Positions 41,061 to 49,408 of a stretch of DNA of 64,000 nucleotides are shown here, in pieces. Position 1 is the first letter of the stretch; the number at the start of each line of letters is the position of its first letter. The notes under the pieces were generated by a model that did no database searches, was not told where the DNA came from, and worked only from the letters and a program-made list of their open reading frames with translations. Source of the stretch: an uncultured bacterium (GTDB taxonomy: Bacteria > Verrucomicrobiota > Lentisphaeria > Victivallales > UBA1829); the NCBI GenBank assembly GCA_902762495.1, contig CACWOL010000001.1, positions 5,548-69,547 of the forward strand. The letters are read 5' to 3'. The translations under genes and the position numbers were made by a program.

Positions 41061-41336
41061 ATGAGCGACGACACGAAAATCGAAGTGGAAATCTTCTGCG
41101 GCATGACCTGCTATATGCTGGGGAATGCCCGAATTCTGAACATCGGAGCGCATTTGCCTGAAAAATGGCTTCCGAACATCGAACTGATGGTGTCGCCCTG
41201 TCCCGTGGACTGCGGGTGTCTGGACCTCGCGAAGGCCCCGTTCGCCCGCATCAACGGCCAGCTTATCCAGAACGCCACGCTTGAGTCCGTCTGCGCGGCC
41301 ATCACCGAGATCATGAACCGGCAGGAGGAGGCATGA
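41061..41336 (+). CDS. Small thioredoxin-like [2Fe-2S] ferredoxin-like protein
   Basis: Start ATG 41061 after GGAGAAAAGG. The 91-aa protein carries FCGMTC and SPCPVDCGC cysteines and a ..INGQLI.. tail reminiscent of NuoE-type domains. It overlaps the next gene by 4 nt. Confidence 0.6.
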   Translation: MSDDTKIEVEIFCGMTCYMLGNARILNIGAHLPEKWLPNIELMVSPCPVDCGCLDLAKAPFARINGQLIQNATLESVCAAITEIMNRQEEA

Positions 41337-42739
41337 ACATGGAGTATTCCAACAGTCCCGAACGCCAGCGCCGCGAACTCATGATCCGGCTCGCCTGCGA
41401 GTTTCAGAAAGGTACGCTCGCGGATACGATCGACAAGCTCCCCTGCTACGTGAAGCCGGCCGGTTCCAACCCGCTCCACTGCTGCCTGGCGCATGATCGC
41501 GAGGTGCTCCGCTGCCGCATCATGGCGCTTCTCGGATTCGATGCGCAGGACGAGGAGGACGACAGCCGGTTCCCGCACGAATATCTTGAACTCGTTTCCG
41601 CGGATTCCGAACGTCCAGAACGCCCGATTACTGTCGCCCGTACGGCGTGTTCCAGCTGCGCCGACGCGAAGATCGAGGTCGTCCAGAGCCTCTGCCGCAA
41701 CTGTTTCGCGCAGACCTGCATCCACGTCTGCCCGAACAACGCCATCAACATCATGCGCGGCAAGGCGTTCATCAATCAGGATTCCTGCGCCCAGTGCGGC
41801 AAATGCCTCATCGACGTCTGCCTTTACAACGCCATCAAGCGCTTTCCGATCCCCTGCGAGGCCGCCTGCCCGGTCGGCGCGATCAAGAAGAATGAACAGG
41901 GGTTCGCCGAGATCGACTTCAAAAAATGCACGTTCTGCGGAAAATGCTTCCGCGCCTGCCCCTACGGCGCCGTCATGCAGCGGTCCGAGCTCATGCCCGT
42001 ACTAAAACTCCTGACCGAAGGCCGTCAGGCCGTCGCCCTCGTCGCACCGTCCACGCTCAACCAGTTCCCCGGCGGACGCGAAAAGCTGTTCAAATCCCTG
42101 AAAAAGGTCGGCTTCTCGGAGATCCTCGAGGTCGCAGAAGCCGCCGAAATCGCGGCGGGTATGGCCGCGGAGGAATTCATCCGCAAGATGAAGCTCGGCG
42201 GCAAGCTCGTCGCCGACGCCAGCTGTCCCGCATTCGTCGAGCTTGTGCGGCGGCATCTTCCCGCCATGCGGCCCTATCTCTCGTCCACGCCGAGCGCCAT
42301 GGCGATCGCCGGACAGAAAGCACGCGAGCTTTTCCCCGACGCCGTGAACGTCTTCATCGGCCCCTGCATCGCCAAACGCTACGAATCGCTGTCCTGCCCG
42401 GGCGTGGACCGCGTGATCACGATTGAAGAGCTCGGCGCGATCCTGATCGCGCTCGGCGGAGCCGAGCTGGAACCGCAGGACTACATCCCGCAGGACCAGG
42501 ATGAAATGGAACACGATTTCTCGCGCACCTGCGCCGCCACGGGGGCCATGCTGGCCGCCGCGCTCGAATCCGAACCGGCGCTTGAGCTTCAGGAAAAGTT
42601 CATCGACGGCATCAACGCCCAGACGCTGAAGCTGCTTCACCTCTTCCTGTTCGGCAGGTCGCACGCCAACTTCATCGAGGTGCTCGGATGCAGCGGCGGC
42701 TGCCAGAACGGTCCCTGCTCCCTCGCAATTCCCAACTGA
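41333..42739 (+). CDS. [FeFe]-hydrogenase-like protein (H-domain with 4Fe-4S ferredoxin domains), atypical L1 motif
   Basis: Ferredoxin motifs CAQCGKCLIDVC..CEAACPVGA and CTFCGKCFRACP. H-cluster-like motifs are DASCPAF (L1 variant), GPCIAKRYE (L2) and EVLGCSGGCQNGP (L3). Confidence 0.8.
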   Translation: MNMEYSNSPERQRRELMIRLACEFQKGTLADTIDKLPCYVKPAGSNPLHCCLAHDREVLRCRIMALLGFDAQDEEDDSRFPHEYLELVSADSERPERPITVARTACSSCADAKIEVVQSLCRNCFAQTCIHVCPNNAINIMRGKAFINQDSCAQCGKCLIDVCLYNAIKRFPIPCEAACPVGAIKKNEQGFAEIDFKKCTFCGKCFRACPYGAVMQRSELMPVLKLLTEGRQAVALVAPSTLNQFPGGREKLFKSLKKVGFSEILEVAEAAEIAAGMAAEEFIRKMKLGGKLVADASCPAFVELVRRHLPAMRPYLSSTPSAMAIAGQKARELFPDAVNVFIGPCIAKRYESLSCPGVDRVITIEELGAILIALGGAELEPQDYIPQDQDEMEHDFSRTCAATGAMLAAALESEPALELQEKFIDGINAQTLKLLHLFLFGRSHANFIEVLGCSGGCQNGPCSLAIPN

Positions 42740-42757
42740 TTCTTACGGGGGTACATC

Positions 42758-43288
42758 ATGAAATCCGCTTTTTTCCGTTTTCTCCTCGGCTTCTGCGTAT
42801 GCTGCGCGGTCCTGTTCCTTGTTTCTGCCGTACTCCGCGCAGCCGATCCCGCGCCGAAGACCGACGACGCCGGATGGATCCTCCCCGGAACGAACGCGGG
42901 GACAGGCTGGCATCTCCGGCTGAAGGACGCCCGCGCCGAAGCTGCGAAGGACGGAAAACCTATCCTGATCCTGTTCTCCGGGCCGGACTGGAGTTCCGCC
43001 AGCAAAAAGTTCGAGACCTCGATTTTCCGTTCGAAGGAATACGCGTCGATACGTCCGGCTCTGGTCGGCCTGTACGTCCAGCACTTCGTGAACACCGCCG
43101 CGCCGGAGGAACAGGTCTCCGCGAACCAGTCCCTGCGGAAGGCGCTCAGCGTCCCGGCTGTCTATCCATGCACGGTCGTCCTGGCTTCCGACGGCAAGAA
43201 GGTCCTCGGCATCATCCCCGGCGCTCCGGACAAGAAAGAGTATCTTCAGCATATCTCCAAGCTCACGGGAATCTCTCTTTCCGAGTAA
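42758..43288 (+). CDS. Secreted thioredoxin-fold protein lacking the CxxC motif
   Basis: Signal peptide, then GKPILILFSGPDWSSASKKF where thioredoxin-like proteins normally carry W-C-x-x-C. PAVYPCTVVL..DGK is typical of the fold. Confidence 0.6.
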   Translation: MKSAFFRFLLGFCVCCAVLFLVSAVLRAADPAPKTDDAGWILPGTNAGTGWHLRLKDARAEAAKDGKPILILFSGPDWSSASKKFETSIFRSKEYASIRPALVGLYVQHFVNTAAPEEQVSANQSLRKALSVPAVYPCTVVLASDGKKVLGIIPGAPDKKEYLQHISKLTGISLSE

Positions 43289-43440
43289 GTCCCGCAAGCC
43301 AGAAAGATCCGTTTCTTTCCATGCGGACGTCGCCGATCCGCATGGTGGGTTATCTTTTTTTCTTCCGTCTCTTGACATGGTTTTCGTTCCGTGTTATATT
43401 TTATGGATATTCTTTCGATAATCCGGGCCGCAGACATCCG

Positions 43441-44235
43441 ATGAACGATAGCAAGAGCCCGGAACAACCTGCAAATCAGGAGCAGACAATGAAACATCAG
43501 ATTTGCCGCATTGTCCTTGCGGCAGCGGCGGTGACCGCCGGCGTGTTCCTCTCGGCATGCGGTCTCTTCCTCGATACCTCGGACAGCGTGTTCGACGACG
43601 CCGAGGACGCCATCGCGACCGACCGGATCGCATCCGATATCGAAAGCGCGGAGTTCTCATACGAATTCGGAGATGAAAAGATCGCCATGATCCGGTTCCA
43701 GACGCCGGGCAAGGTGCGCATCGACGTGCTGGACGATGCACGTTCGGCCGTGTTCTGCCTGAACGGTTCGTCCGGCTGGATGTATGTGCGCGGCGAGGTA
43801 ATCGACATGACCGCCGACGACATCGCGGAAATGCACGCCGCCCTGCTTCAGGCGATCCCGTTCCATGTGAATTTCCAGGACATCTTCACCGACGCCAAGC
43901 TTCATGAGGAGTCCGAGGACGCCTGCGGCGAGGAATGCGACGTAATCTCCGCGGTCTTCCGCCGCGCCCGGGACATCCAGGTCAAGTTCTGGATCGGAAA
44001 GAAATCCGACCTGCTCCGCCAGTTCGAGGTCGCCAGGGAGGACGGCGTCCTCACGACGCAGTATTTCAACTACCGCAAATACGGCAACGTGACGCTTCCC
44101 TCGCTGACGTTCAACTTCTCGCCGGACGGAGCTACGAGGCTCAAGCTGATCTCGTTCGAATCGAACATCGATATCCCCGCCTATGTATTCCGGAAACCTG
44201 AAAAGCTGAGCGCCTTGGAAGGAGGCATGAAATGA
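43441..44235 (+). CDS. Lipoprotein, possibly LolA/outer-membrane-lipoprotein-sorting fold
   Basis: I chose the ATG at 43441 in ORF 42688-44235 (alternative 43489). Lipobox FLSAC. The fold suggestion is weak and based only on size and beta-rich composition. Confidence 0.5.
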   Translation: MNDSKSPEQPANQEQTMKHQICRIVLAAAAVTAGVFLSACGLFLDTSDSVFDDAEDAIATDRIASDIESAEFSYEFGDEKIAMIRFQTPGKVRIDVLDDARSAVFCLNGSSGWMYVRGEVIDMTADDIAEMHAALLQAIPFHVNFQDIFTDAKLHEESEDACGEECDVISAVFRRARDIQVKFWIGKKSDLLRQFEVAREDGVLTTQYFNYRKYGNVTLPSLTFNFSPDGATRLKLISFESNIDIPAYVFRKPEKLSALEGGMK

Positions 44236-44942
44236 ACCACACCACACGTTTTGCGATTCTGACGGCAGTTCTTTTGGCCGGCGCGGCCGTATACGCCGCG
44301 GATGAAAACTCGGACAAGGAAAAACATACCGTCACGCTGAGGGACGGAAAAGTCCTCGAGGACGCCTACATCCTCGACAAGAAGCCGAACGGGATCACGC
44401 TCGCCTACAAGGACGGCTGCAAGTTCATCAAGTTCTCCGACATGCCGCGCAAATACCAGCAGGCGTTCGGCTACGATCCGATCAAATCCGCCCGCTACGA
44501 AAAAAAGCTGGACGAACAGAAGAAAATCCTCGCCAAGGAAGAAGCCGAACAGAAGGCCAAGGCGGAAAAGCGCAAGGAAAGCGAGGACAAGCATTATAAG
44601 AACGGTCGGATCAACACACAGCAGCAGACCGTGCGCAAGCTCGAGCTCCAGCTCGACGAAGCGAAAAAGCGCCTTGAAACGACGGAAAAGACCCTCAGCC
44701 AGGACCGCGATTCCCTGGGCATGTCCTCCGTCGGGACCCAGCAGGTCAGCGTCGAATCCCTGTGGGGGTACGGCGGCCGCATCCGGAGCAGCACGCGCAA
44801 CGCCGCCGTCACGAACAAGCTCATGAAGGAAGTCGACACACTGAGCACGACGAGGGATCGGCAGGCGCAGGACGTAATCGACCTTCAGCTGAAGCTCGAG
44901 GCCGCGCAGAGAACGCTCGACATGCTTCTGCAAAACAACTAA
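44232..44942 (+). CDS. Secreted coiled-coil protein, unknown function
   Basis: Signal peptide (AILTAVLLAGAAVYA) and a charged K/E-rich heptad-like central region. There is a 4-nt ATGA overlap with the upstream lipoprotein gene. Confidence 0.55.
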   Translation: MNHTTRFAILTAVLLAGAAVYAADENSDKEKHTVTLRDGKVLEDAYILDKKPNGITLAYKDGCKFIKFSDMPRKYQQAFGYDPIKSARYEKKLDEQKKILAKEEAEQKAKAEKRKESEDKHYKNGRINTQQQTVRKLELQLDEAKKRLETTEKTLSQDRDSLGMSSVGTQQVSVESLWGYGGRIRSSTRNAAVTNKLMKEVDTLSTTRDRQAQDVIDLQLKLEAAQRTLDMLLQNN

Positions 44943-44970
44943 GAAGCGTCGTCCAAGGCGGTTTCCCCTT

Positions 44971-45018
44971 AAAAAAACAGGCATGCCCGGCTAAATATTT
45001 GGCCGGACATGCTTTTTT
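44971..45018. terminator. Bidirectional intrinsic terminator between convergent genes
   Basis: A-run 44971-77, stem GCATGCCCGGC (44981-91) / GCCGGACATGC (45002-12) with one mismatch, T-run 45013-18. Confidence 0.75.
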
Positions 45019-45046
45019 CTGTCTGCGGGATATGGAACCGGGAGTG

Positions 45047-46159
45047 TTACAGCGACTCGCGGACTCCGGGGACCTTGCTCATCTTCAGGACGGAGATGGA
45101 CGGCGTTTCCGGCACGATCAGGGCGTCCAGTTCCGTTTCGTCCACGTGGACGGTCTGGGACACGGGTTCCTCCGCGGGTTGGACCACGCCGGGAGTCGCG
45201 GCGGCAGGATCGCGTCCGGGAACGACCGGTTCGGAAGTCCTGACGTAACTGGCGATCACAAGGACGACGAGCCAGATCAGGGCAACTGCAACGATCCCGA
45301 CGGCGACGAATACGGCGATGGTGATGTTGCGGATGCGTTTGTTCTCGCCCTCGTTCACCAGCGCGCCCTCGTTCACGGACTCCAGAAGCTTTTCCGAAAG
45401 TTCCTCGGGATCCTGCGGCGTTTCCTCGTGCAATTTATCAAGCAGGAGGCCGCTGTCGGCTTTGGGGAGATCATAGACTTCGATAAGCTTGCGGACGTAG
45501 GCGGAGACATAGACGGGCGGCAGTTTCTGCAGAAGCTCGCCGGATTCCAGTTCAAAGAGATATTCCGTACGGATGCGCGTATGCAGCGCGACCTCCTCCA
45601 CGGACATCCCGCGTGCATTGCGGATCGCCATCAGCATCTGTCCCAGCGACAGCGACGGCTGAAGCGCATGAGGAAGGGGTTTATGCTGTGCAGCGGAGAC
45701 CGATGCGGAAGACGACGGCGGAAACGCCGCACGTCCGGCGCGCGGAGATACGATGCCGGGCCGAGCGGGAGAGGGCTGTTTCCGGGGCGGAGGCGGAGGC
45801 GCAACGACCGAAGAAACGTCCTCTGAACGATTATTCATCACCGGGATATCCTGTTCCGCCGGTTTCTCCGTCGCGGGTTCCGGCACGACAGGTTCCGCCG
45901 ACGCAGGTTCCGGCACAGCGGATTCTTGTACGGATGTATCGTTCACGGGAACATTTTCGATCGCGACATTCTCCGGTTCAGGCTGTTCCGTCACAACGTT
46001 GTCCTGTGGAACAGAGTAATGTTCCGCCGGGATATCGCCAAGACCGGCATTTTCACCGGTTTCCGGTTCCGCCGGAGATTCTCCCATGGGGAGGAGCTGA
46101 TCGGAAAAGAGATTCAGTTCCTGTTCGTTCTTTGCTGCGGGATCTTCTGGATCAGTCAT
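45047..46159 (-). CDS. RodZ-like cytoskeleton protein (HTH, TM helix, C-terminal domain)
   Basis: LGQMLMAIRNARGMSVEEVALHTRIRTEYLFELESG (HTH), a TM helix (ITIAVFVAVGIVAVALIWLVVLVI) and a short C-terminal beta domain. It lies next to ftsK. Confidence 0.65.
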   Translation of the reverse strand: MTDPEDPAAKNEQELNLFSDQLLPMGESPAEPETGENAGLGDIPAEHYSVPQDNVVTEQPEPENVAIENVPVNDTSVQESAVPEPASAEPVVPEPATEKPAEQDIPVMNNRSEDVSSVVAPPPPPRKQPSPARPGIVSPRAGRAAFPPSSSASVSAAQHKPLPHALQPSLSLGQMLMAIRNARGMSVEEVALHTRIRTEYLFELESGELLQKLPPVYVSAYVRKLIEVYDLPKADSGLLLDKLHEETPQDPEELSEKLLESVNEGALVNEGENKRIRNITIAVFVAVGIVAVALIWLVVLVIASYVRTSEPVVPGRDPAAATPGVVQPAEEPVSQTVHVDETELDALIVPETPSISVLKMSKVPGVRESL

Positions 46160-46170
46160 GTTGCGATACC

Positions 46171-49155
46171 TCAGTCATTGGGCGTTTCCAGTCCGTCCGT
46201 GATCAGGATGGAACGTTTCTGCCCGCCGGGAAGCGGAGCGCTGATCACGTGGCGCTGTTCGAGTTTATCAATAATATCGGCGGCCTTGTTGTAGCCGATG
46301 CCGAGTCTGCGCTGAAGATAGGACGTGCTGACCTGCTGCTCGTTGATGATGATCTCGAGCGCACGGACCATGATGGGCGGGTCGGTCGGTTCCAGATACT
46401 TATCCGCGGCGGCCTTGATGATGTCGGAATTCGCCATGCCGTCGATCTCGTCGTAGTCGTCCATTTCGTCGTCGTAGCCGCCGCTGTCACGGGAACCACC
46501 CCTGGAGGCCTTCCCCTTGCCGCGGCGGCCCTTGGCATCTTCCTCTTCTTCCTCTTCGTCAGCACATGCGAAGATGCCTTCGTCGAACGTCTGCGGACGC
46601 TGCGCCGCGACTTCCTCGATGACCTTGGCGATCTCGTTGTCGGAAACATACGCGCCCTGAATACGTTCGAGGACGGCCGCGCCGGGCGGATTGAACAGCA
46701 TGTCGCCGTTGCCGAGCAGTTTTTCCGCGCCAACCGCGTCCAGGATCACGCGGCTGTCCATGCCGTTGCTGACGCGGAACGCGATCTTGGTGGGGATGTT
46801 CGCCTTGATGAGGCCGGTGACGACCTCCTTGCGGGGCGACTGCGTGGCGATGACCAGATGGACACCAGCGGCGCGGCCCTTCTGCGCGATGCGGCAGATG
46901 CTGGTCTCCACGTCGTTCTTCGCATCCGTCATCATGATATCGGCGAGCTCGTCGATGATGATGATCAGGATGGGGAGCTTCGGCGGGACGACCATGCCGT
47001 AGTCGTCGATGACCGGCTGCGGATCCGGCGGGCGGGAATTGAACGCGGCCAGGTTCTTCGCCTTGACCTTCGCGAGGACCATGTAGCGGCGTTCCATTTC
47101 GTTGACGCCCCAGCGGAGCGCCAGCGGCACCTTCTTCGGGTCGTTCACCACCGGGGTGATGAGGTGCGGGATCGGACGGTACATTTCCAGCTCCACGACC
47201 TTCGGGTCGACCATGATGAGCTTCAGCTCGTCCGGCGAGAACCGGAAAAGCAGGCTCATGATGAGGGTGTTCATGCAGACGGACTTGCCGGAGCCGGTGG
47301 AACCGGCGATCAGCAGGTGCGGCGCCTTGGACAGGTCGGTCAGGTAGACGGAGCCCGCAATGTCGCGTCCGAGCAGGATCGGGATCGCGGCATGGGAGTC
47401 GCGCCATGTGGCGGATTCCAGCAGCGGACGCAGGAAGACCGTGCTGGAGGCCTTGTTCGGGACTTCGATGCCGACGGCGTCCTTGCCGGGTATCGGCGCA
47501 CGGATGCGGATGCTCTGCGCCTCCATCGCCATGGCGATGTTGTTCTGGATGCTGGTGACCTTCTCCACGCGGACGCCGGGGTTCAGCGCGATCTCGAACT
47601 GCGTGACGCGCGGCCCGACGGTGATGTTCGACACATAGCCGTTCACGCCGAAGCTTTCCAGCGTCTTTTCCAGGCTCAGGCTCGCATCGCGGATGTATGC
47701 CTGGTCCTCCTCGGCGATCGCGTCGCCGTGGCGCTCCAGCAGCATCGGGCTCGGCAGATGGTATTCCTCGTAGACCGGCGGGGGCGGCGGAGGTTCATTC
47801 GCGGGGGCGGGCGGAGGCGGCGCGCTGTCGAATTTCTTTTTGTTTTCGGCGAAGGTCTGAACGGGGATCACATGCAGCGCGGGCTTGGGCTCAACGGCAG
47901 GGGCAGGGGGTTCCTCCTCGACGCTTGCTTCCAGTTCGATGTCGTTGTCTTTTGCGGCCGCGGGCGCCTCCGGTTCGTCGTAAGATTCGGTCTCCTGCGG
48001 CTGGGGTGCAGGGGCAGGAGCAGGCTGGACAGGAACAGGTTGAGGCACGGGAGCAGGCTGAACAGGCGCCGGAGCTGCGGCCGCAGGACGCGGACGCGGC
48101 GTGACGACAAGCTCGTCCGGATCGCGGATGACCGTACTCGGCGCGGGCTGGACATTTCTGCGGTTCTGCGGCGGCGCGACGACCTCGTTCGGGTCACGGA
48201 TCACGGCGCCGGTTCTCTGCATGGTCTGTGCCGGAGGCCGAACCGGCGGCGCGATGATGTCGCCGTCCTCGTTCTCGTCTTCCGCATGGTCAGGCTTCGC
48301 AGGCGCAGTGCGGAGGCCGAGGAACTTTCCGATGGCGTTTTTGAGCCCGGACGGTTTCTCTTCGGGTTCTTCCTCCGGAACTTCATTTTCCGGTTCATCG
48401 TCGCCGTACTGGTGAATTTCCGGCACGTCGGAAGCAGGCGGAGTCCAGGCCTCGCCCTCGGGCGTGTAGATGCGGCCGGGACGTCCGGCTGAAACGGGCT
48501 GGACCTCCTGGCCTTCTTCTTCCGCCGCATTCTCCGGCTTCGGATCGGCCTTGAATGCGATCTTGAGGAGCGGGAGCCAGTCGCGGATGAACAGGAACAC
48601 AAGCGCGGGGAGCAGGAACGCCAGCGCGACGAGGATCGTGCCGACGTCGCCGATGTAGCGCCGGATCAGTCCGGCATCCAGCTGCAAGCTCGCCTGAGGC
48701 GCGGCCAGGGACGCCCCGACCACGCCGCCGGACAGCGCCAGCAGGGACTGTTCCATGCGGCCGATGCCCAGACGATCCGTCTCCGCGATGAACTGCTGCG
48801 GCCACATGGCGAACAGCATGGATGCACCGAGCAGGGCAGCGGGCAGCGCCCACCACAGCGTGCCTTTGCGAGGGAGACCTGGGATGAAGCGCCGGAGCAG
48901 CAGCAGGAACACGATCAGCAGAATGGGATAGGTTGCCAGTCCGAACGTGTAGAACATGATCCGGGCGGTATGCGCCCCGAGGAATCCGATCCAGTTATGA
49001 TAAATCGCAGGTCCGCCGATTCCGCCTTCCAGCAGGGCAAGGTCCGTTCTGTCGTGTGATAAAATCGCGCAGGCGAACAGCAGGAACAATGCGGTCCGGA
49101 GGTAGTTTCCGAAATTCCACACGCTGCGTTCTTCCATACCCTGATCCAAATCCAT
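46171..49155 (-). CDS. ftsK: DNA translocase FtsK/SpoIIIE
   Basis: N-terminal polytopic membrane domain, a long Pro-rich linker, a motor with IAGSTGSGKSVCMNT (Walker A) and IIIIDELADIMM (Walker B), and a C-terminal gamma-like wHTH (ISTSYLQRRLGIGYNKAADII). Confidence 0.95.
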   Translation of the reverse strand: MDLDQGMEERSVWNFGNYLRTALFLLFACAILSHDRTDLALLEGGIGGPAIYHNWIGFLGAHTARIMFYTFGLATYPILLIVFLLLLRRFIPGLPRKGTLWWALPAALLGASMLFAMWPQQFIAETDRLGIGRMEQSLLALSGGVVGASLAAPQASLQLDAGLIRRYIGDVGTILVALAFLLPALVFLFIRDWLPLLKIAFKADPKPENAAEEEGQEVQPVSAGRPGRIYTPEGEAWTPPASDVPEIHQYGDDEPENEVPEEEPEEKPSGLKNAIGKFLGLRTAPAKPDHAEDENEDGDIIAPPVRPPAQTMQRTGAVIRDPNEVVAPPQNRRNVQPAPSTVIRDPDELVVTPRPRPAAAAPAPVQPAPVPQPVPVQPAPAPAPQPQETESYDEPEAPAAAKDNDIELEASVEEEPPAPAVEPKPALHVIPVQTFAENKKKFDSAPPPPAPANEPPPPPPVYEEYHLPSPMLLERHGDAIAEEDQAYIRDASLSLEKTLESFGVNGYVSNITVGPRVTQFEIALNPGVRVEKVTSIQNNIAMAMEAQSIRIRAPIPGKDAVGIEVPNKASSTVFLRPLLESATWRDSHAAIPILLGRDIAGSVYLTDLSKAPHLLIAGSTGSGKSVCMNTLIMSLLFRFSPDELKLIMVDPKVVELEMYRPIPHLITPVVNDPKKVPLALRWGVNEMERRYMVLAKVKAKNLAAFNSRPPDPQPVIDDYGMVVPPKLPILIIIIDELADIMMTDAKNDVETSICRIAQKGRAAGVHLVIATQSPRKEVVTGLIKANIPTKIAFRVSNGMDSRVILDAVGAEKLLGNGDMLFNPPGAAVLERIQGAYVSDNEIAKVIEEVAAQRPQTFDEGIFACADEEEEEEDAKGRRGKGKASRGGSRDSGGYDDEMDDYDEIDGMANSDIIKAAADKYLEPTDPPIMVRALEIIINEQQVSTSYLQRRLGIGYNKAADIIDKLEQRHVISAPLPGGQKRSILITDGLETPND

Positions 49156-49408
49156 TCCGATCCTTCTCCGTCGTTGCGTTAAAGCTTAATAGAATAAAAT
49201 AGCACAAATCCTGATTTATGAAAGCCGGAAACAGCCGATTTCCCCGTTTTTTTCAAAAAAAATCGCAGAAATGCCGTCCCGAGACTTGCGATGTCAAAAA
49301 AAACCGCCGGAACATCGTTTTTTTCGAAAAAAACAATTCGTTTTTAGCCGGTTTTATGCTATATTATAGCATTGCATTTTCCCAACCCAAACTAAGGAGC
49401 AGCTCGCT

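Noticed and set aside
42688-43440. N-terminal 250 codons of the 515-aa ORF 42688-44235.
   Set aside because: This part overlaps the hydrogenase-like gene end and the whole thioredoxin-like gene in another frame and is Arg/Pro-rich. A lipoprotein signal with lipobox starts at the internal ATG 43441.
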